Shown here piece by piece: positions 25,701 through 34,341 of a stretch of 61,010 nucleotides of DNA (positions are counted from its first letter, which is position 1; each line of letters starts with the position of its first letter). This DNA is from a virus (Duplodnaviria; Caudoviricetes). A model generated the notes under the pieces. The model did no database searches. It was not told the origin of the DNA and worked only from the letters and a program-made list of their open reading frames with translations. The DNA is taken from the IMG/VR virus record IMGVR_UViG_3300042465_004246, positions 1 to 61,010 of that record; one strand, given 5' to 3'. The position numbers and the translations under genes are program-made.

Positions 25701-28700
25701 CCAGCTACTGGTGCTGTAAGTTTATCGGTCTTATTTTTTCGGAATTTTATTTTTGATGATTCTTTAAACTCCGCTACTTTTGGTATAGCTCCTGCACTAG
25801 ATGAAACATTTTTTTGTTCAAATTTAGGCTCTTCTGATTTTCTTGATACCTCTTCACCACCTTTATTATACTTTGTGTATGTCTCAGTAATATCACTTGA
25901 TTTATATAGTTCTGTCGGTTGATAAATACCATTTATTTTTGCTAAAAGAGTCCATCCAAATGACGGATGATTATCTATATCACTTTCTTTTGTTTGAACT
26001 ATTTTAAAAGTATTAGGATCAAACTTAACAATATTCATAATCTCACCACCAGTCATTCCTTGATTTAATGGATCCATTATTCTATTGTAGAACTCTTGTT
26101 TGTTTTTTATTCCAATTGCTTTTTGAAATTCTTTATTTGCAGATATTGCATTGTTTAAAGCCTTTCTTAAGTTAGGAGAATAATTATTCTTTATATCTAA
26201 TAGCTCAATAATTTTTTTAGGATCTGACTTAAATGAATCAAAGTTTTTAATATTTTCTCCATATTTTTCTGCAAATTGATTAAACTCTTTTTGATTTGAT
26301 TTATTAGTTTTTATTGCATCATTAAATACATCTATTAATTTATCTTTAGTAAGTATTTCATTATCTAATACTAAAGAAGATAATTCAGCAAAGGTATGTT
26401 GTTGAAACTGCCAAGAGTTACTTAATGTTCCAGAATGAGGTGCAAATATTTTAGCTCCACTCATTTCAGCATTTCTAACAAAAGTTTCAGCTTGTGCTTT
26501 TGTATTAAATGCTGCAAGGTTTGATACTTCACCAATTTTTTTATTATTTAATGACATCATTAATGGAACATAATTTTTTCCTCCTAACATGTTTATTTCA
26601 AATCCATTACCTAAATCAGTTTTACCTGCGTTTGTAAAATCATACATATTAGTAATAAACTTTTCACCATTAAGTTCTCGTATATCTAAGTCTTCAACAA
26701 ACTCTATAATAAAATCCCTTGAATCTTCAGATACACTTTTTGCTTTTTTAAATTTTACTTTAGGGATATTAAATGTTCCAACTTCACCACCGTCTCCTGG
26801 ATCATTTATCTCAATCTCATCCCCAGTCCTAAGTTTCTTAGACATGGTATTAATAAAGTCAGCAGCGTCTTGTGCAGTTGCTGATGCAGAAAATATAACT
26901 GGCAAACCTAGCTTCTTAGCGATATTATTTATCAATGTTTTGAATTGCTGTAGCTTTGTTGTAGTTAATTCTTGCTCTGCCTCAGATAGTATTCCACCAA
27001 GCTCTGATATGTATTCTTCTGCCTTTTCATCTTCATTGTATTGAGATACAAAATCATCTAATCTTTGTTTAATACCTTTGTCAGATATAATATTTTTAAG
27101 GCCCTTTGCCATCAATAATATTGACCCAGACTTCATTCCGTTTTTTTCAATCAACGCATGAAATGCTTCATGATACACCGTACCAATAGTTGCAGATTCT
27201 AGGTTAATATGAATATCACCGTCTACATATAGACCGCTTGATTCTGTAAGCCCAGTCTTTTCTTCTTTTGTTAATTGTTTCTTTGATGCCTCAATAGCAC
27301 TAGCCATTTCTTGGCCATTGTTGTGCATGTATATCTTAACTCCAGGGATCGCATTTAAAACCATTTTAGCGGCTTTCACAATCAACTTATTTTTAGGCGT
27401 AGTTTGTTTTGATGCAAACTCCCTGACATTTTCTTTTGTCAGTAAGTTGTTTGTTGTCTCAGTTGTAGCTCCAAATACATTGGGCATTCTTCCTTCCTTT
27501 AAGGCTTTAGAGATTTCTCTGTGCTGCTCTGGAGTAAAACTCATAGGGTTCTCACCAGTTGCTCCAGTCTTAATATTTTCAAATGTTGCTAGATCAAATA
27601 ATGATTCCTGACCAGCAAGTCTTGCAAATTCAAGTGCTTGTTCTCTTGATGTTTCAGGAACTACTACACTAAGGTCAATTGATACTTGATTGCTATTAGG
27701 AAACTTATATATTCCAGCCTTAACGACACCAGCATCACCTATCATTTTTTGACGCTCTGCAACAAAGTCGGCAACCATTTCTGGAGTCAATTCTTCTGTT
27801 GTAGTGTTCATGCTATCAACTGGAACAACTAAACCAACACCCTCATACTTAGTACCATCAATATTGAATGTAGCACCGTCTTCAGACTCAGGTGTAAGAG
27901 ATTTAACTCTATCTACCTCAGCTGTTGTATTGGTTGTTATAACAGGCTTATCGATTACTACTTCACCTGTAGGCTCTAATAGAGGGCTTATTAAGTTGTC
28001 ATACTTATTGTATATACTATTATACTTAGCCAATACAGTTTTTGGCATGATAGTTTTATCTATCTTACCATTTACTTTGTATTTTTCTATTTTAGGTATG
28101 GCCTTAAGAAGTTCAGCCTGTTCTTGTTCTCTGTAGGCTGCTACTTGCTCTTCTTGCTGTATTTTGCTTGCGACAGTGCTATCGCTACGATCTGCTTCAT
28201 TGACCGTGGTTTCCCGTTGTCCCCCTTCGCTGACCCCGACTTCTGGTTGTCCTTCACCAGTTCCCTGATATTCGCTGATACCGCCTTCTGCTGTACCTTC
28301 TTGTTGCTTGATGTTGTCTTCTTTAGTGGCATTTTCTGATGTTGTTTTTAGTGCTTCGTTTATTTCTTTTATTCTATTTGTTTCTTTTACTACTAGATTA
28401 GGTTCTTTATCTTTTATTTCGTTTTGTATTATTTCTCTTTCTTGTAGTAAAGAAAAAGCTTCTCTTTGAGACTGTGTAGTTAATGAAGCTGGTATTTTTG
28501 TTAAGACAGAATATGATTTATTCAATTCGTCTATCTTCTTGTTCATTTCTTCAGACGAAATTTTTCCATTCTTTTCATCCTCCTTTATACTAGCTATCCA
28601 TCCATTTCTTGATTCAGTATTTAAAACAAAATTTTTATATATATCAAACTTATTGTTTGATGATATATCTACAATATTATCTTTTACTGAAGCACCAGCA

Positions 28701-31114
28701 GATGTCATTCCACCAGCCAAGAAACCTAGCTTAAATGCATCAACTCCTTGGCCCATTAATTCAGCCCATCCACCAGCTTTTGATAGGTCTGGTGCGTCTT
28801 TAAAGTACTCCTCGTTGAAGTTATCGTTCTTTAATATTTCGTTAACAGCAAACTTTTGAATACCCTCAAATTCTTGTTGCATAAATTCAACATTTCCCTC
28901 AGAAACACCAGCACCTGTAATTTTAATTAGACCTTTAGCTATTGATGCACCTATGTTTTTTTGTATTGCTGAATTTAATTCAATTAAACCAGCATTCTTA
29001 GGTAAGTTCTTAAATGTTTTTGTTACTATATAGTTAGCAAATTTATTGAATAATGGATTTTTTCCAGCACCAACGGCAACATCAAACCCCCACTTTTCCA
29101 TTTGACCTATAACAAGACCATATGGAACTGATATTAATTTCTTTTCGTTTTCGTTTAAATGATCAAAATCTGGGCCTCTCATTTGATCCTCCATTGCATT
29201 GTATGACATGGAGAAGAATGCAGCTGTACTTCCAACCTTTCCCAGTGCACCACCTGTTGCAGCGGTACCAAAACTTTCTGCTACAGCATTTAAGGCTTGA
29301 GGAATCATACCTCTGTTTTCTGATCTTATGTATTCTTTATTTGTTCCAGTTATATTTTCCCAACCTAAATCATATTTTTCTTTAGCAAAATCTTTTACTG
29401 TAGCCTGTGCAGCATTAGCAATTTGAGCATCGGTTAATCCTTTTACTTTTTTTTCACCGTAATTCCCATCTATTAATTTTGAAAACTTTTCATCTCCCAT
29501 TATAAGATTTCCAGCAGCTAAACTATAATCTAATCCAGTTAATGCTAAATTAGACATGCCAGATGCAAAAGACTTTACAAGTGCCCCTACAGTACTTCCC
29601 TTTTCTTCTGGGGTACCCTTTGTTTGAATCAACTCTTCAGCAGAGATAAGTTTTTGAGCTCTGTTAGATAGTTCTTGTGCTCTTTTTTGTTTTATATTAA
29701 TGTCTTTATATAGTTTTGATAAATCATCGTTCTCTTTATCAAATTCTTGTTGGGTCATCTTGCCACTAGCTACTCTTTTTTTAAATAGCTTTGTTTTTTC
29801 TTCGTATGACTTAATGTCTTTATCAATAACATCTACTTCATTTCGTTTGATATCATTTTCAACAGCCATTGCCTCTGTTCTGGCCCATTCTGAAATTACG
29901 TCTACCCTATCGCTGGTCATTTTAATTTTACCATTAGAGTTAATCATTGCGTCAATATAACTTTCAGTATCTTTTATATTTTCAAGACCTTCTTTTTCTC
30001 TTTTTGTAAATAAATTATAACGAAGAAATTCTTTTGCTATGCTTGATGAGTTTGATTTAGATAGGTCAATTGTTATTGAGTTTTCAAGCCCTTCATCATC
30101 ACCATTCATTCCTGGAAAATACGAGTTAATGGTTAGCTCGTTTCCCTCTTGATTAAAACCAAAGTTTGAACCATATAATTCTTTTTTTAAAAATTTATCT
30201 ACATCCCTTTTATTAAAGTCTATCTTGTCTATCTTATTTATTTTTGATAGTTGTTTCATCTGAGACTCACCAATAATATTAGCGGCCATATCAACAGCTT
30301 CTTGTGATTTTATTGGGTCTAATCTCTCTTTTGGTTTTCCATTATTATCTAACCAATATAAATATGTTTCCTCTGTTACGGGATTTTTATAGAAATTCTC
30401 ATTGTCCTTTCCCTCTTGTAGCATGTAAAGCTTTCCTTCAAAAGTTGCAGGCTCTATTTTTTCTTCAGGAAGTATAGAATCCTTAGCTTCTTCTTGCTCA
30501 AATGCTCGTGTTTTTTCTGTAGGTATTGTTTGGTCAATTGGTGTAACAGTGGCACCTTTCCAGCGTTCTTTTGGTAAATCTGGATACGCCTTGTTTACTT
30601 GTTCTTTAGTTGCATATTCTGATTCAGGAATTTCTTTAGCTTGATTTGAATACCAGTCAGCTTGAAAATCGCTTGCCAATACGGCCTGCTTGTCTAGTAT
30701 CTTTTCTCTTGCTCTAACGTCACCCTTTGATAGTGGAATATAATTCTCTCCAATTTTTTTTAGCCAAGAGTCACCTTCTTTTCTGTATAGTGCCCCAGGA
30801 TTACTTGGAAGAATGTATATAGAAGGCTCCAACTGCCTTGTAGTCGTTGTGGATAACCGCTCCGATGAACCAACTTCCAAATTTGATTCCGTACTTTCGA
30901 CTTGGCTTTTTTTTTTAATGATTGGAGTTTCAAAATACTCTAGCTTAAAAGTCTCTGGATCTAGATCAGTCAGCTCATTAGAATCTAGATATGAATATAG
31001 CTCTGAGAATTTATTATCATTCTGAGAGTATTCATTATAAAAAGAATTCTCATCAAGGTCTGTCATTTCTCTTGATACTAGCTCTTGGTATAAGTTTTTA
31101 TATTTAGCGTTCAT
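19712..31114 (-). CDS. Giant internal-virion/ejection polyvalent protein (3800 aa) with HExxH metallopeptidase, HDxxGH module and ART-PolyVal-like ADP-ribosyltransferase domain
   Basis: TVYHEAFH (27158-27172); FRFVHDFFGH...GEENAW; FKKWFGDW...SKIVDSNGEPMPVYHGT...YFT; last gene of the ejection cluster. Confidence 0.85.
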   Translation of the reverse strand: MNAKYKNLYQELVSREMTDLDENSFYNEYSQNDNKFSELYSYLDSNELTDLDPETFKLEYFETPIIKKKSQVESTESNLEVGSSERLSTTTTRQLEPSIYILPSNPGALYRKEGDSWLKKIGENYIPLSKGDVRAREKILDKQAVLASDFQADWYSNQAKEIPESEYATKEQVNKAYPDLPKERWKGATVTPIDQTIPTEKTRAFEQEEAKDSILPEEKIEPATFEGKLYMLQEGKDNENFYKNPVTEETYLYWLDNNGKPKERLDPIKSQEAVDMAANIIGESQMKQLSKINKIDKIDFNKRDVDKFLKKELYGSNFGFNQEGNELTINSYFPGMNGDDEGLENSITIDLSKSNSSSIAKEFLRYNLFTKREKEGLENIKDTESYIDAMINSNGKIKMTSDRVDVISEWARTEAMAVENDIKRNEVDVIDKDIKSYEEKTKLFKKRVASGKMTQQEFDKENDDLSKLYKDINIKQKRAQELSNRAQKLISAEELIQTKGTPEEKGSTVGALVKSFASGMSNLALTGLDYSLAAGNLIMGDEKFSKLIDGNYGEKKVKGLTDAQIANAAQATVKDFAKEKYDLGWENITGTNKEYIRSENRGMIPQALNAVAESFGTAATGGALGKVGSTAAFFSMSYNAMEDQMRGPDFDHLNENEKKLISVPYGLVIGQMEKWGFDVAVGAGKNPLFNKFANYIVTKTFKNLPKNAGLIELNSAIQKNIGASIAKGLIKITGAGVSEGNVEFMQQEFEGIQKFAVNEILKNDNFNEEYFKDAPDLSKAGGWAELMGQGVDAFKLGFLAGGMTSAGASVKDNIVDISSNNKFDIYKNFVLNTESRNGWIASIKEDEKNGKISSEEMNKKIDELNKSYSVLTKIPASLTTQSQREAFSLLQEREIIQNEIKDKEPNLVVKETNRIKEINEALKTTSENATKEDNIKQQEGTAEGGISEYQGTGEGQPEVGVSEGGQRETTVNEADRSDSTVASKIQQEEQVAAYREQEQAELLKAIPKIEKYKVNGKIDKTIMPKTVLAKYNSIYNKYDNLISPLLEPTGEVVIDKPVITTNTTAEVDRVKSLTPESEDGATFNIDGTKYEGVGLVVPVDSMNTTTEELTPEMVADFVAERQKMIGDAGVVKAGIYKFPNSNQVSIDLSVVVPETSREQALEFARLAGQESLFDLATFENIKTGATGENPMSFTPEQHREISKALKEGRMPNVFGATTETTNNLLTKENVREFASKQTTPKNKLIVKAAKMVLNAIPGVKIYMHNNGQEMASAIEASKKQLTKEEKTGLTESSGLYVDGDIHINLESATIGTVYHEAFHALIEKNGMKSGSILLMAKGLKNIISDKGIKQRLDDFVSQYNEDEKAEEYISELGGILSEAEQELTTTKLQQFKTLINNIAKKLGLPVIFSASATAQDAADFINTMSKKLRTGDEIEINDPGDGGEVGTFNIPKVKFKKAKSVSEDSRDFIIEFVEDLDIRELNGEKFITNMYDFTNAGKTDLGNGFEINMLGGKNYVPLMMSLNNKKIGEVSNLAAFNTKAQAETFVRNAEMSGAKIFAPHSGTLSNSWQFQQHTFAELSSLVLDNEILTKDKLIDVFNDAIKTNKSNQKEFNQFAEKYGENIKNFDSFKSDPKKIIELLDIKNNYSPNLRKALNNAISANKEFQKAIGIKNKQEFYNRIMDPLNQGMTGGEIMNIVKFDPNTFKIVQTKESDIDNHPSFGWTLLAKINGIYQPTELYKSSDITETYTKYNKGGEEVSRKSEEPKFEQKNVSSSAGAIPKVAEFKESSKIKFRKNKTDKLTAPVAGNKLFNEPLKQALDIAKSYMKSIGMEYTPVEKITKLDEGLSKRISDAYDKMKDDPNIPEVKAAYEAMAKETLDQYDAITAKGYKLEINNNEPYSSSEDMINDLRDNNRMKIFSTESGFGEEPITDKQREENILLKDSGRKDANGETLLVNDVFRFVHDFFGHAKLGNSFGPIGEENAWRVHSEMYSPEAKKAMTSETRGQNSWVNFSGVNDAAFKKREKARQLRKEGKIDQANQMVGEVYDEMKFADQKIGLLPSFAVEEGSPSKIKKQLTQNWVATPVKSMMNSPIAKNSDNLRSVAIDLAKGKINQGEYVDAVKKYSPIGSIGTLFAPSTLSHMITALGKKASKLMAPVVDELGKKIKRVGLRLDIPSYLHHNAWIVTVHDGRVKNGNVISYRNAARLKNVEFTTDPKVALNIAAGFNSKGTFARMEGEMVDIPGETAEEQGLNAQAMIEEIMNDPSWVQVGMNPFRHSFFWNRANGAPVISADEVIQVGGLVYAKNAIEASPNSDRFTVYGKYDEATNKVVKSDEPLLDKSGSNIKFQKTAPNGKPSNLNDVQWEQVRTPAFKKWFGDWENDPQNASKIVDSNGEPMPVYHGTTEDFEIFMGGSYFTDDYMNADGYASGEIVLETFLNIKNPLIIDAKGRKWDNLKNKYGSSTREIASNLDDKNNDGVVFNNINDNWFDDEEGDPQNVYYTLKSNQVKLADGTNTTFDATQPSIKFQKTTQETRMDSEADAIFKKSLDRGVAWNTAIQNVIDYIQISKWYEDASDIDREQKIRDFRQSKKQKLKKAPSVAKIMGTPKPSTVTVTEKTALKDQIRLEARAAREAKGDLNQKRKLLSTAIKGLVKLGRLTAKQAATIINRVSVVNLDNQVMVNRLADYAARVFEKADYQERLSRAFSFRKGIRKLLKGDIQAEVVGMAKKFSKIDPSMVDDIDKYLEMAEIVKNAIKPSRVNRKDLDVNMRESMNIDSVSEFTNDAIENQERILKEELLAVHSELVDAGVIDDKMSLSDIELIINSLKEEADDADYEADILTFLSRRIDTMSAIMKDILTYKINPMTGEDVALTEKNIDIISRMLNIDINNVSIKEAIFIAEAMDNFINNNITSSVEAVIEKQEGETELENLIDDKVVASPLRKYFSPKVGQYMSEQIASMPILFEKLFVGAKKGLMVAKKMGWTALINGVNKAEKMFNTTVDVYFKQYAKTKPNGKSFNDSENVYERGMLAFLSRNVSGTAMQQAEELKRRVEVLKESVKSLLEGSTKEQKMGELYQKIYDKLNVDSGDIDVISANVDKINRSAVGWWINQWGTTYNDLSDISLSVYNTMLSSDTSYSTDRYKLLDKANLEEIIEPKNIGAFGRDIEFLDKNKTGVLMESNRPSASKVSKANRYVSLDFDVNNSSAYKAALIDVNTAAAIRRIDGFINSKNFNKLIPTKEDRDIFRKRIAEYIQAAKNKRVGPSDTMHYLDQLTNFLGGIGVGKALGGIDQIVKQTFPIALSTFANSSRIDILTPASNAWIDSLGMAISNRGQESQSTIESIDRRLDKANSGARVVSNFIVDAQQIWLKWCLSKPDVFIAKSSFISYYKQYLSDNNQRTDIDWATHNVNQDAADYAMLMVDRQQNVSDAKMAGKVFNSQNSTTKIMRKLFLPFASFSLNQKSRMVSDIKVLGINSGASKQDKIIAARSLLSLPLEMALYQSIGLSIRIGYLAIAKGIIGAVADDDDEEKEKLLGVEISKEMKNATKYPLRSIVTDFLSPIPIADNTVVGGANLLLSQLSVDQDMIDEAVSKKNLMLEVSGKEKMNDKEKQSFIEKYKQDREYQLFNDEKKSYGTIGIGYDTYKELIDNMNTAYTGKYTQDYMGNKSERYLLPKDQDNIKNAVIFEALFALGIVPRDVNTVTNNIIKLSKKNSLTEKQYEKYKAVGKETGTKVTGWKMDLTKSKSKLETTVSEIEWIEEHGGLTEKQGKEYVKLSSVVDEVSYRELQKIQSGKTADQIINSYSKK
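28141..28332 (-). CDS. Nested out-of-frame small basic protein (63 aa; MPLKK...ANIRELV...KQIVAIALSQA)
   Basis: Resembles a small phage protein family I recall as MPLKKG.S...IS.NI.E......KQAVAIALS.A; A-rich leader. Confidence 0.7.
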   Translation of the reverse strand: MPLKKTTSSNKKVQQKAVSANIRELVKDNQKSGSAKGDNGKPRSMKQIVAIALSQAKYSKKSK

Positions 31115-32529
31115 TAATTTAATTTTTTTATTGTTGTACCCTGCTTGTAGTATTGTTCTTGTGCTTTAGTGCTGAATATTTTATACATATCAGCTGAAGT
31201 TTTTAGTCCTGTATATTTTGGTGTTGCTCCTCGATTTCCTGGATCTTCATCATATGCACTCCATCCATTGTTTTCCCATTTAAAAAAATAATCACCACCA
31301 GAAGCATCTTTTAATTTTTGTGCTATAACCTTACCATCTTCACCAGATGACATTATTTTTTTTATTTCAGTACCTTTTTTCTGAGCATTAATTTGAGCAT
31401 CAGTAAGTCCACCTTCACTAGGGCTAGAAGTAGTTGAGGCTTTTGATGGTTCGTCTTGAGTTATCTTCTGGCCTAGTTGGTAATCTATTTGGTTCATAAT
31501 TTCCTGTCTAGCTTTTTCTGTCTGTTCTGGAGTCAACACAGGACGCATTACACCATTTCCATCTCTTGCCATCTGAATCATCATCCAACTATTTTCATCA
31601 ATATACTTTTGAGACTCTTCATCTGTCATTGGATCTTGATCCATATCTCTACGAGCTTCATTTTCTAATTTAAGCATATTGTTTATTAGTGCATTTCTTT
31701 CACTATTTCCACTATAGTAACCAATATCATAACTTGTATTATCATCAAGAACGCTTGCAGTACTAGATGGATTATTCATAATTACTCCAATAAGAGAGGC
31801 TTTTGCTTTTGCAAGCTGAGGGTTTAATCCCTTTCCACTAGTAGTTGTCAGTCCTTCTTCTTTAGTAAAATCACCCCAATTTTTTACATTATTTGCAATA
31901 ATTTTATTAAGGTCTACTTTATTTGACTGTATATTTTCAACATTATTCATAGCAACACCAGTTACAAGGGTGCTAGGATCTACCTGTCCTGTTGCTGGGT
32001 CAAGTACGCCAGTCATTAGATTACCAGTTTGTGGATCTATAAATACTTTTTTATTTTTTAGGTCTCCAAATTCTGCAAGCTTACCTATCTTCCACAACTC
32101 CTCGCCACTTGCTACAACATTTCCGTTCTCATCTGGCTCTTGTCTTTTTAATGCCTCCTGTATCTTTGCGTTAAATGTTTTTGCTGTCGTTCCAACGGCA
32201 GCCCAGTTTGTCATTAGATTATTGTTTCTACTTTTATATTCAGCAGGTGTAATAGATCTATCCTTAAGTTGTCTATTCCATTCGCCAATCATTGACCTAG
32301 CGTCTACAGCAGCAGATTGAACAAATCCGTTAAGGGTCTGGTCAGAATAACTATCTACAGTTGAAACTATTCTCTGATTGTCAACGTTTATTTTGTCTAG
32401 CTCTTCTTTTTGTTTCGCTCTTTCTTCTGAAATTCCAGTTATTGTGTCGACAAGACCACCCGTCAACTTAGCCCAGTCTAGGGTGTTATCAGGTGGAACA
32501 TATCCAAAATAGGGATTATTTCTTCTCAT
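31114..32529 (-). CDS. Putative ejection/internal virion protein (471 aa)
   Basis: Helical protein between the small pilot-like gene and the giant gene. Confidence 0.65.
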   Translation of the reverse strand: MRRNNPYFGYVPPDNTLDWAKLTGGLVDTITGISEERAKQKEELDKINVDNQRIVSTVDSYSDQTLNGFVQSAAVDARSMIGEWNRQLKDRSITPAEYKSRNNNLMTNWAAVGTTAKTFNAKIQEALKRQEPDENGNVVASGEELWKIGKLAEFGDLKNKKVFIDPQTGNLMTGVLDPATGQVDPSTLVTGVAMNNVENIQSNKVDLNKIIANNVKNWGDFTKEEGLTTTSGKGLNPQLAKAKASLIGVIMNNPSSTASVLDDNTSYDIGYYSGNSERNALINNMLKLENEARRDMDQDPMTDEESQKYIDENSWMMIQMARDGNGVMRPVLTPEQTEKARQEIMNQIDYQLGQKITQDEPSKASTTSSPSEGGLTDAQINAQKKGTEIKKIMSSGEDGKVIAQKLKDASGGDYFFKWENNGWSAYDEDPGNRGATPKYTGLKTSADMYKIFSTKAQEQYYKQGTTIKKLN

Positions 32530-32532
32530 AAT

Positions 32533-33168
32533 TTAATTATTTTCAATATATTGTCCTCTATAGGCGTAATCGCTTGCATCTGTATAACCATCTTTATTAT
32601 AATCTCCAGCTTCAAATGTTTTTCCTTTCCCTTTAATCTTACTTCCAGCTGTAATAGCTGCCCCAGCCGAGGTAAACATTCCCTCTATCGCTGCATTTCT
32701 ATTGGTCTCTGCCTGACTCCTTCTAGCTTCTTGAGAAGCGACTTCGTTAGTTCCAATCATAAATTCTCTCTCTTGCTTTCTAGCACTTATGCCCATCTCA
32801 GCCTCTGCCTGCATGGCATCTCTTCTGAATTTTGCCTCGTCTGCCTGTGCTGCTAGCTGTAGGTCTTGCTCGTTTCCTGCTTGCATAATCTGTCCAACTC
32901 CACCAATAACTCCTTCAGCACCAGCACTTTGTACTGCTGATAATGCTGACGCACTTCTTTGTGCTTGAGATTGTTGTGCTAAATTAAATCCAAGCGTTGG
33001 AACTTGAACCTGCTTGAATGCGTTTGTTTCGCTTATTTTTGCTAGATCATTCTTAGCTGCTTGAGCAGCATTAGATGCCGTCTTCATATCTTTATTGGCC
33101 TTAATAGCCTGTGCTGCACTCATTCCAAGTCCTGCTACTGCTATTGCTGCTCCTGTTACTGCTGCCAT
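32533..33168 (-). CDS. Putative DNA ejection/pilot protein
   Basis: Ala/Gly-rich hydrophobic N-terminus and A/Q-rich coiled coil, as in podovirus ejection proteins. Confidence 0.7.
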   Translation of the reverse strand: MAAVTGAAIAVAGLGMSAAQAIKANKDMKTASNAAQAAKNDLAKISETNAFKQVQVPTLGFNLAQQSQAQRSASALSAVQSAGAEGVIGGVGQIMQAGNEQDLQLAAQADEAKFRRDAMQAEAEMGISARKQEREFMIGTNEVASQEARRSQAETNRNAAIEGMFTSAGAAITAGSKIKGKGKTFEAGDYNKDGYTDASDYAYRGQYIENN

Positions 33169-33179
33169 TTTTTTTTATT

Positions 33180-33187
33180 CAAAGTTA
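33180..33187 (-). promoter_or_regulatory. -7 promoter box TAACTTTG for the ejection genes
   Basis: Consensus match upstream of ATG 33168. Confidence 0.7.
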
Positions 33188-33199
33188 CTAAAAAAAATC

Positions 33200-33601
33200 C
33201 TATAATGTCTTAATCATTTCTGTACACTTAGTACTTCCCTTTACAAATCCACAACTTGCGTATGTGTTTATAAGGCTTTCATTCTTCAATGATGTGTATA
33301 TGTACTTGTAGTCTCCAGAATCTTTAACCAATTCTATCAATACATTTATCAGGTATAGTATAGCCTCCTGCCTGTCTTTCTCTCTGTACTTAAAGTCTGA
33401 TACTATAAATTCAATCCAAGCTGTTTTTGAGTTTGTTAGGTAAACAAATCCCCCACAAACTTCAACGCCATTGCTTGATACCATTACCCCACCTAAACCA
33501 TTTTCAGGTAGCGAGTCTACACTAGGAGGTGTCCATCTCCAGTCCTTCCACCATGAACAAAATGTGTCATAGTCTGATTCATTTAACATTCTAAATTCCA
33601 T
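33200..33601 (-). CDS. GNAT-fold acetyltransferase-like protein
   Basis: FRML...D, AWIEFIVSD.KYR, N.SLI..Y...GF; placed before the ejection genes. Confidence 0.7.
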   Translation of the reverse strand: MEFRMLNESDYDTFCSWWKDWRWTPPSVDSLPENGLGGVMVSSNGVEVCGGFVYLTNSKTAWIEFIVSDFKYREKDRQEAILYLINVLIELVKDSGDYKYIYTSLKNESLINTYASCGFVKGSTKCTEMIKTL

Positions 33602-34323
33602 TACATATAACTTTTAAATAAAGAGCTAGATATTGAATATAATTCTACTTCAGAGCCTTGCTGTATTGATAGTTCAACCTCCATGTAATACCCACGCAAA
33701 CCAAACGACTCAGCAATTGAATTTTTTACAATATAAACGTATCCAACACCAGCTGGGAATGTACCACCTGTTATTGTTATTGTAGTTGTAGTTGCAGATA
33801 CTATGGTTCCTCTAAAAATATTACTAAAAAACACTCTATCACCAACCCCTAATTTTGTACCTATAACAAAAGGAAATGTAGCCGTTGTTCCAGCTGCACT
33901 AGTAGGGCTTGTATTTCCAACACCTTGAGTTGACAGAAGATTGTTGCTATTTGATGTTGCATTAGATGCCCTCATATAAGCATACCATCCGCCTTCTTTC
34001 TCAAGGTACTCATTGCTTTGTATGCTTCCATTATCTAGGTCAGTAAGCATAGTTGCAGTCCAAGGACTAGTAGAGTCTAAACTTAAAGTTTTAAACATTT
34101 TAGTGCTTCCTGAGTCCTCATTAAATATTGTTTTAATTGTAGATGGAAAAGAAGTACTATAAAAATTTACTCTAGGAACCTGATCGGAATTTTGTTTCCA
34201 TAAGCTTCCATCCTTCCAGCTATAAAATACATTACTCATACCAATCATCCAATCTGGATAGTAATCCCAAAAAGAAGTCCATCCGTCAGCGTTGTCTGAA
34301 TACGTTATTGTTTCTAAAGCCAT
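33601..34323 (-). CDS. Tail nozzle/stabilisation protein, C-terminal part encoded separately
   Basis: TITYS...GWTSFWDYYPDWM, FKTLSL, KEG.WYAY, GLRGYYMEVEL...ELYSI. Confidence 0.7.
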   Translation of the reverse strand: MALETITYSDNADGWTSFWDYYPDWMIGMSNVFYSWKDGSLWKQNSDQVPRVNFYSTSFPSTIKTIFNEDSGSTKMFKTLSLDSTSPWTATMLTDLDNGSIQSNEYLEKEGGWYAYMRASNATSNSNNLLSTQGVGNTSPTSAAGTTATFPFVIGTKLGVGDRVFFSNIFRGTIVSATTTTITITGGTFPAGVGYVYIVKNSIAESFGLRGYYMEVELSIQQGSEVELYSISSSLFKSYM

Positions 34324-34327
34324 ACAG

Positions 34328-34335
34328 CAAATTTA
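34328..34335 (-). promoter_or_regulatory. -7 promoter box TAAATTTG
   Basis: Consensus match just upstream of ATG 34323. Confidence 0.6.
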
Positions 34336-34341
34336 CGAAAA

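Noticed and set aside
19712-31114. crAss-like virion RNA polymerase
   Set aside because: No DxDxD catalytic motif found; the closest is LDFDVNN. Recognised domains are of the polyvalent-protein type.
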